From Candidatus Heimdallarchaeota archaeon (lineage in GTDB: Archaea; Asgardarchaeota; Heimdallarchaeia; Heimdallarchaeales; Kariarchaeaceae): 32,000 nt of DNA. Each line of letters begins with the position of its first letter. The first letter of the stretch is position 1. This document shows, piece after piece, positions 27,666-32,000 of this stretch. The stretch is from assembly GCA_030149205.1 (NCBI GenBank), contig JASBSB010000006.1, positions 30,001 through 62,000 of the forward strand, written 5' to 3'. The position numbers were made by a program, and so were the translations under genes. The notes under the pieces were generated by a model that saw nothing but the letters and a program-made list of their open reading frames with translations, did not search any database and had not been told where the DNA came from.

Positions 27666-28130
27666 TTACTCTTTTTGTGAATAATAGAAATAAAACATCC
27701 ATAGTACACCCAAGACACCAGATGTCCACATTATGATTGTTTTCATATCACCAGTTAAGTTTGAACCATTGACAGTATCCACATTTATACTTATGAGGAG
27801 AAATGCATAAATTAACGCTCCTGCATAAGGAAAGAAAATTTGATTCCATGAGGGTAAATTCCCCCTATATTCTTCATAATAAGCCAATGTAAAGACTAAG
27901 GCAAGGTATATTATCTGAACAATTAAACTTAAAAGAATTGTGAGAGGCCAATTAGTTGATTTAACTGGCAAGTCTGGATACAGTCCTTTTAAAAATCCAT
28001 AGCTGCTGGCTACAGTTAATGGGTTAAGTGAGGCTAAAACCCATCCCAATATCAAGAAAAATACTGTGATAAATCCCGATGCAAGTAATCTATTTACTGG
28101 GCTTCCTTGTGATCTTTTCTTTTTGCTCAT
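27666..28130 (-). CDS. Small membrane protein (about 4 TM), first gene of the KaiC-like operon
   Basis: Four hydrophobic segments, basic N-terminus, co-oriented with the two downstream genes. Confidence 0.75.
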   Translation of the reverse strand: MSKKKRSQGSPVNRLLASGFITVFFLILGWVLASLNPLTVASSYGFLKGLYPDLPVKSTNWPLTILLSLIVQIIYLALVFTLAYYEEYRGNLPSWNQIFFPYAGALIYAFLLISINVDTVNGSNLTGDMKTIIMWTSGVLGVLWMFYFYYSQKE

Positions 28131-28273
28131 TTAGGTCTAACTTCTAAACTGAATGTTGGTTTTTGAGTGTTTCCTTAAATTTAACTAATTTCGAGAACTT
28201 ATTTTAAAAGGAGAACGAATTCACTACGATTCATTAACTGAACCCATAAATAGAATTAATAAAGGAAAACTTG

Positions 28274-30379
28274 ATGAAAAATCTGGAAATTCAAGGATTA
28301 CAGGAAATTGTCCAAAGAATTAAGCAACCAGAAGGAAGAGTAAACTTTGTCAATGTTTTTCATCTTCACCAACCAGAAGGTCAGTTTGAACACATTTTTG
28401 AAGAAGCATATAATAAGTCATACAACCCCTTAATTTCAGCTTTGGAAAGGCATCCATTGTTAAAAACAGGGATTCATATAACTGGTCCACTTTTAAAGTG
28501 GTTTGAAGATACGAAAACTGATTTTATTAAAAGAATTCGAGTATTAGTTGAACGCGGACAGGTTGAGATGATAGGGGGGGGCTATTATGAACCCATCCTT
28601 GCGGTAATTCCAGATAGGGATAAATTAGCTCAGATAATCAAATTAAGTGATGAGCTAGAAAGATTGTTTAAGATAAGACCTAAGGGTATGTGGTTGGCTG
28701 AAAGGGCCTGGGAACCATCGTTGGTAAGTATTATCTCAAAAGCTGAGATAGAGTACATCTTTATAGATGATAACCACATAAAAAGTGCTGGAATTTTTGA
28801 ACCTGAAATCCATCATACATTTGTAACAGAGGATCAGGGAGAATCACTTCAGATTTTTCCTATTAACGAACCTATCAGGTATATTATTCCTTGGAAGAAA
28901 CCTGAAGAAATTTTTGATTATCTCTCAGAACAGATAGATCTCAGCAAAATAAATGATGATCAATTTGATCAAAGTTTGCTCATTACCAACATTGATGATG
29001 CTGAAAAACTGGGGATGTGGCCAGGCACCTTCAAACAATGCTACGAATCTGAAAATGGGGGGTTGCCTTGGATTGACCAATGGTTTGGGTTAACAGAAAG
29101 TTTAGATTGGGTAACTAGCATTTTACCATCGGAATATATTGGAAATTATCCAGATCAAGAAATTGTGTATCTACCAACGACATCCTATGACAAGATGGGA
29201 ATATGGGTACTTGCAACTCCAAGCAGGCGTGAGCTAGAAAAATTCATAAATTTTGCAAAAAAGGATAAACTGGCTGATGTCGATGGTTTTTCTGTAAATC
29301 AGGCAACTTTAAGATATGCAAAAGGAGGGTACTGGAGACAATTTATGATGAAATACCCAGAAGCCAATCTCATGCACAAGAGAATGCTATTTACACATAA
29401 GCGACTGAGAGGACTAGAAAAGAAACTAAGGAAAGATGATTACGAAATAGCTGAAGATTTCTTATTAAAAGCTCAATGTAATGATGCATATTGGCATGGT
29501 CAATTTGGGGGGGTATACTACTTTTTCATGCGTAACAATGTATACAAAAACTTGATATCTGCTGATCGACTCCTGTACCCAAAATTGGATTCTGACACTA
29601 CAAAAATTTTGGATTATGACTTTGATGGAAAGAAAGAGATTATTATGGAAAGTGAAACCTTAATCTTGTTCATTTCACCCCATAAATCCTTTTCATTTAA
29701 GGAAATTGATTACAAAGTCAAGCCTTGTAATATTGTTTCAACTTTTACAAGAAAAGAGGAGTCTTACCATCCCATCGATCCAAAACCAGTATATGATTTG
29801 TGGAATAAATTCAGTTTTATTGAGTTTCAACTCGTTGTAAACTCTGACTCAACCAATTTGATAAATTTCATTGAATCGCAGCGAGAAGAGTTAGTTTCAT
29901 TGATATCATACCAACCTGAGCCTCATGTAAATTTTGACACCATCCTTACGGTAGGAGGAGTTTCCGAAGTCGTGAGAAAGGAAATTAAATTATCAAGCAG
30001 TTCAGCCAGTTTTGAGGTTAGTTATGACTCTATAACCACTGAATTTATCACAGAGATAAATTTGACCCTTGATGATGCTCCAGGCAACATTGAATTTGAT
30101 TTTGGGTCAATTAAACAAGTTGGAGTTCCACCTCACCCCACCCAGATATTTGTTGACACTAAAAATGATAGAGGTCAACTAAAGATCCGATGTAAAAACC
30201 CTTCACAGCCTGAGATAACCATAGATTATCCAAAGGGGATTAAATACAGTATACTATCAGCAATAACCTCATTATCATATGAGGAGGGAAATTGGAAAGA
30301 GGTTTTTCAAGGATTTAGTTTACACTTTTTGCTTTGCACCAGTCCTGTGGAAAAAAGGTTTAAGGTTCATCTAGACTAG
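28274..30379 (+). CDS. GH57 family 4-alpha-glucanotransferase / alpha-amylase
   Basis: FHLHQP, GGGYYEP, GMWLAERAW (Glu nucleophile), DDAEKLGMWPGT (Asp acid/base), PTTSYDKM, KYPEANLMHKRM, AQCNDAYWHG, DYDFDG; closely resembles thermococcal GH57 glucanotransferases. Confidence 0.93.
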   Translation: MKNLEIQGLQEIVQRIKQPEGRVNFVNVFHLHQPEGQFEHIFEEAYNKSYNPLISALERHPLLKTGIHITGPLLKWFEDTKTDFIKRIRVLVERGQVEMIGGGYYEPILAVIPDRDKLAQIIKLSDELERLFKIRPKGMWLAERAWEPSLVSIISKAEIEYIFIDDNHIKSAGIFEPEIHHTFVTEDQGESLQIFPINEPIRYIIPWKKPEEIFDYLSEQIDLSKINDDQFDQSLLITNIDDAEKLGMWPGTFKQCYESENGGLPWIDQWFGLTESLDWVTSILPSEYIGNYPDQEIVYLPTTSYDKMGIWVLATPSRRELEKFINFAKKDKLADVDGFSVNQATLRYAKGGYWRQFMMKYPEANLMHKRMLFTHKRLRGLEKKLRKDDYEIAEDFLLKAQCNDAYWHGQFGGVYYFFMRNNVYKNLISADRLLYPKLDSDTTKILDYDFDGKKEIIMESETLILFISPHKSFSFKEIDYKVKPCNIVSTFTRKEESYHPIDPKPVYDLWNKFSFIEFQLVVNSDSTNLINFIESQREELVSLISYQPEPHVNFDTILTVGGVSEVVRKEIKLSSSSASFEVSYDSITTEFITEINLTLDDAPGNIEFDFGSIKQVGVPPHPTQIFVDTKNDRGQLKIRCKNPSQPEITIDYPKGIKYSILSAITSLSYEEGNWKEVFQGFSLHFLLCTSPVEKRFKVHLD

Positions 30380-30506
30380 TTCTTTTGGAAATAAAAACTG
30401 AGACAAATATAATTTATCTAATTAATAGTGTAAAATTAATTAAAGACAATTATCACAGCGTCTTCTATAAAGTTTAAATAATAGGCGAGACATTAATATA
30501 CTTAGA

Positions 30507-31577
30507 TTGATAACTGATACCTTCTATATAGTGGGAATAATCTTTAGCTCTATTCCAAGTTTGGTTTCAGGAGCCTTGTTACTTTACAAATATAGAGCGG
30601 TTCAGTCAAGAAATTTATTGGTTCTATCCATCGTTTGGTTTTGTTTAGGGTTCAACAACCTTTTTGTTAGTCTTGCGATATTTATTAACTCTCCTGAGCT
30701 ATTCAAAGCAAGAACTGTTTTTTTAGTCATAATGGCTGTGTCCTTACAGGTTGGATACGACCTGATAACGAATGATAAAATAAATAACCTGAGATTTGTT
30801 ATTCTCCTCTTTATAACTTCGGGACTTTACGTAGTGGTATTAAATACTAGCTTAGTTGAATATAATTCCGGAGTTCTCGTGTTTTTTGGAATAAGTAGGT
30901 TGTTCCTAGTATTGATTGGATTTTATCTTAGTTTGCTAATCTTGTTGTTGTCCTTTCATTTCATAAGAAAATCAAAAAAGAATAATAGATTTCCCACAAT
31001 TATTTTCTTTATTGGAGCACTCTTTCTTGGACCGATAACCATTTTATCATATTGGATGGATTTACATCTTTTATATTTTCGTGAAGAGCTTTTTGCGTCT
31101 ATTGGAATTATTTTAATTACTACAGCAATATATTATTTCCCGGTTTTAATGTTTATGCTTCCTTATGAACTCCGTAAACTTTATGTAATCGATCAAGTGA
31201 GCTCTAAGGTGATATACAGCTTTAGTTGGGAAGATTCAGTTAACATTAAACAACATGAAAAATTTGTTGTTGATGTTTTGAGTGCTACCTCAGAGATGTA
31301 CAATAATTTATTCCACACTGGCTTGTTTTCCGAGATTAAATTCGAGAATGGGTCTGTAATGTTTAACACAAAACATTCTGAGACGTTGGCTTTTGTATTA
31401 TTGGTTAACCGATATTCTAAATACATTTCAAATGAATTGGATAAATTTGCGAAAGATTTCATTGATACATTTCATGGGTTTGAGAATATCCCTGAGGTCA
31501 CTTATGTTGATAAATTAGTCGATAAATATTTCAATTTAATTAATGATAGAGCGGAAGGCGGGACTTTCAAACACTAA
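30507..31577 (+). CDS. Seven-TM membrane protein with a C-terminal longin-like domain
   Basis: Seven hydrophobic segments, then LYVIDQVSSKVIYSFSW...LSATSEM...FSEIKFENGSVMF...LAFVLLV...ELDKFAKDFIDTF (beta-beta-alpha-beta-beta-beta-alpha longin-like pattern); TTG start. Confidence 0.65.
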   Translation: MITDTFYIVGIIFSSIPSLVSGALLLYKYRAVQSRNLLVLSIVWFCLGFNNLFVSLAIFINSPELFKARTVFLVIMAVSLQVGYDLITNDKINNLRFVILLFITSGLYVVVLNTSLVEYNSGVLVFFGISRLFLVLIGFYLSLLILLLSFHFIRKSKKNNRFPTIIFFIGALFLGPITILSYWMDLHLLYFREELFASIGIILITTAIYYFPVLMFMLPYELRKLYVIDQVSSKVIYSFSWEDSVNIKQHEKFVVDVLSATSEMYNNLFHTGLFSEIKFENGSVMFNTKHSETLAFVLLVNRYSKYISNELDKFAKDFIDTFHGFENIPEVTYVDKLVDKYFNLINDRAEGGTFKH

Positions 31578-31643
31578 AGTGTTTATTGAACCCGCGACTT
31601 CTTGCTTACCAAGCAAGCGCTCTAGCCCCTGAGCTACTCCCGC
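31550..31643 (-). tRNA. tRNA-Thr(GGT) with a 21-nt intron at position 59/60 (intron 31564-31584)
   Basis: Manual fold: acceptor GCGGGAG/CTTCCGC, D-stem GCTC/GAGC, anticodon stem CTTGC/GCAAG with loop TT-GGT-AA, T-stem GCGGG/CCCGC, discriminator U, no encoded CCA. Removing the intron gives T-loop TTCAATT. Confidence 0.95.
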
Positions 31644-31793
31644 AGAAGAGATTGGAGAGACTCCATCTCAGTTCTAAATTCAAAACTTGAGAATAAAAAA
31701 AATTCGATTTGTTACTTGATAAAAAATGATTTAATTCTCTTTTCTGACAGATTTACAATTATCTTAGTCAGATAATTTTTAATCCACGCAATT

Positions 31794-32000
31794 ATGGCAA
31801 CTTTAGAAGGTATGTCAAGAAAATCATTTGTTGTTACAGGGAAAGGTCATAAGAATATCACAGCTCTACACAAGTCTACTTTTGAGTTTACCAAAGAATC
31901 AAGTTTAACTAAGCGTGGGGATTGTATCATTGCTATAGAGTCCAATTGTTCAGCTAAACAATTCCCTGAAAGCTTTAGAGAATTTTTAAAATGTGGACTC
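31794..32000 (+). CDS. DUF371-family protein, partial (runs off the window edge)
   Basis: Manual translation MATLEGMSRKSFVVTGKGHKNITALHKSTFEFTKESSLTKRGDCIIAIES contains the GH-NI-A-H--T-E-T----LT-RGDCII signature. Confidence 0.85.
   Translation, partial: MATLEGMSRKSFVVTGKGHKNITALHKSTFEFTKESSLTKRGDCIIAIESNCSAKQFPESFREFLKCGL

Noticed and set aside
3471-31462. Short overlapping ORFs in the track (3471-3734, 4530-4715, 5287-5508, 5796-6101, 7744-7926, 9208-9483, 10430-10642, 11595-11873, 13200-13397, 13614-13931, 16099-16614, 16633-16824, 17372-17581, 19693-19923, 23694-23975, 25174-25569, 31193-31462)
   Set aside because: Each lies antisense to, or out of frame with, a better-supported gene and shows no recognisable motif; treated as shadow ORFs.
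31550-31590. Integrated element using the tRNA-Thr 3' end as attachment site
   Set aside because: No second copy of the tRNA 3' end was seen in the window and no integrase is present; a partner site outside the window cannot be excluded.

Overview
An archaeal chromosomal window. Asgard/Heimdallarchaeia affiliation is an inference from fibrillarin-Nop5, eS30, archaeal Elp3, a PGF-CTERM-type anchor, a 7TM+longin-like protein and a BHB-intron tRNA; no rRNA marker is present. Left: nop5-fibrillarin, divergent from an rps30e missed by the ORF track and elp3, whose conserved N-terminus has no ATG/GTG/TTG start. Next come hypotheticals, an orphan NuoI-like protein, a small Zn-ribbon protein, a nitroreductase, a pyroglutamyl peptidase and an amidohydrolase. 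At 10.0-14.6 kb lies a cell-surface/redox block: a DOMON (EB_dh-like) putative haem protein, a secreted Cys-free LanC-like protein, and a Cys-rich HxlR/DUF24 regulator divergent from a membrane-anchored three-domain copper nitrite reductase (nirK), with a repeated GCTGTA-N5-TACAGC palindrome between them. Middle: archaeal thiolase plus a degenerate HMG-CoA-synthase-like/DUF35 fusion, isoaspartyl peptidase, isovaleryl-CoA dehydrogenase, and a PIN-like nuclease and stand-alone CARF protein flanking a dinB gene, with no CRISPR/cas in view. Right: an operon with a membrane protein, an inactivated KaiC-like protein and a metallophosphoesterase; a GH57 glucanotransferase; a 7TM-longin-like protein; tRNA-Thr(GGT) with a 21-nt BHB intron in the T-loop (59/60); and a partial DUF371 gene. 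No CRISPR array, integrase or transposase was found. All family calls come from manual motif recognition, not database searches.
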